Shown in pieces: positions 40,201-40,241 of a stretch of 40,241 bases of DNA. The notes under the pieces are model-generated. The model made no database searches and had not been told where the DNA came from. It saw nothing but the letters and a program-made list of their open reading frames with translations. Origin of the DNA: Chloroflexota bacterium (GTDB taxonomy: Bacteria; Chloroflexota; Dehalococcoidia; SM23-28-2; RBG-16-64-32); contig JADFKX010000002.1 in the NCBI GenBank assembly GCA_022564695.1, positions 1 through 40,241 on the forward strand, read 5' to 3'. A program made the position numbers and the translations under genes. How positions within the stretch are numbered: position 1 is the stretch's first letter; the number at the start of each line of letters is the position of its first letter.

Positions 40201-40241
40201 GGGCTCGCGGCTATTATGACAGACGGAGAGAAAAGCGCCAA

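Overview
This is a high-GC bacterial chromosomal segment whose gene content looks Chloroflexota-like, though I could not verify the taxon. All calls come from reading the ORF translations and the DNA by eye; no searches were run. Most of the window is housekeeping: uvrA, an FKBP isomerase, rnhB-yraN, ftsH, rplU-rpmA-rpmE, hisH-hisA...hisF-hisI (interrupted by two unrelated genes), ligA, mreB-mreC-mreD-mrdA-rodA and radA. There are also two acyl-CoA dehydrogenases, one of them paired with an APH-like kinase. I saw no rRNA, tRNA, CRISPR array, integrase or transposase. Three regions stand out. (1) The left end (about nt 550-4800) is compositionally mosaic. It holds an in-frame fusion of a truncated DUF4445/RACo-like gene to a TdeIII-like restriction endonuclease remnant, a beta-CASP metallo-beta-lactamase nuclease-like gene, and a visibly lower-GC gene. 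That gene encodes a nucleoside 2-deoxyribosyltransferase-like/TIR-like Rossmannoid domain with a helical C-terminal domain, followed 4 nt later by an orphan ORF; this is a candidate uncharacterised conflict module. (2) A tightly packed co-directional minus-strand cluster spans 9192-13499 and may extend to 15162. It encodes a membrane-sensor HD-GYP phosphodiesterase, a stand-alone paralog of its membrane domain, a Cas4-like Fe-S PD-(D/E)XK nuclease, two tandem FmdB zinc-ribbon proteins and a translin-family protein. (3) Smaller oddities: an S8 protease ending in a 15-bp tandem repeat that encodes (x-A-I-K-W)n; an L21 gene with no canonical start codon; and a likely homopolymer frameshift in a PPOX-family gene.
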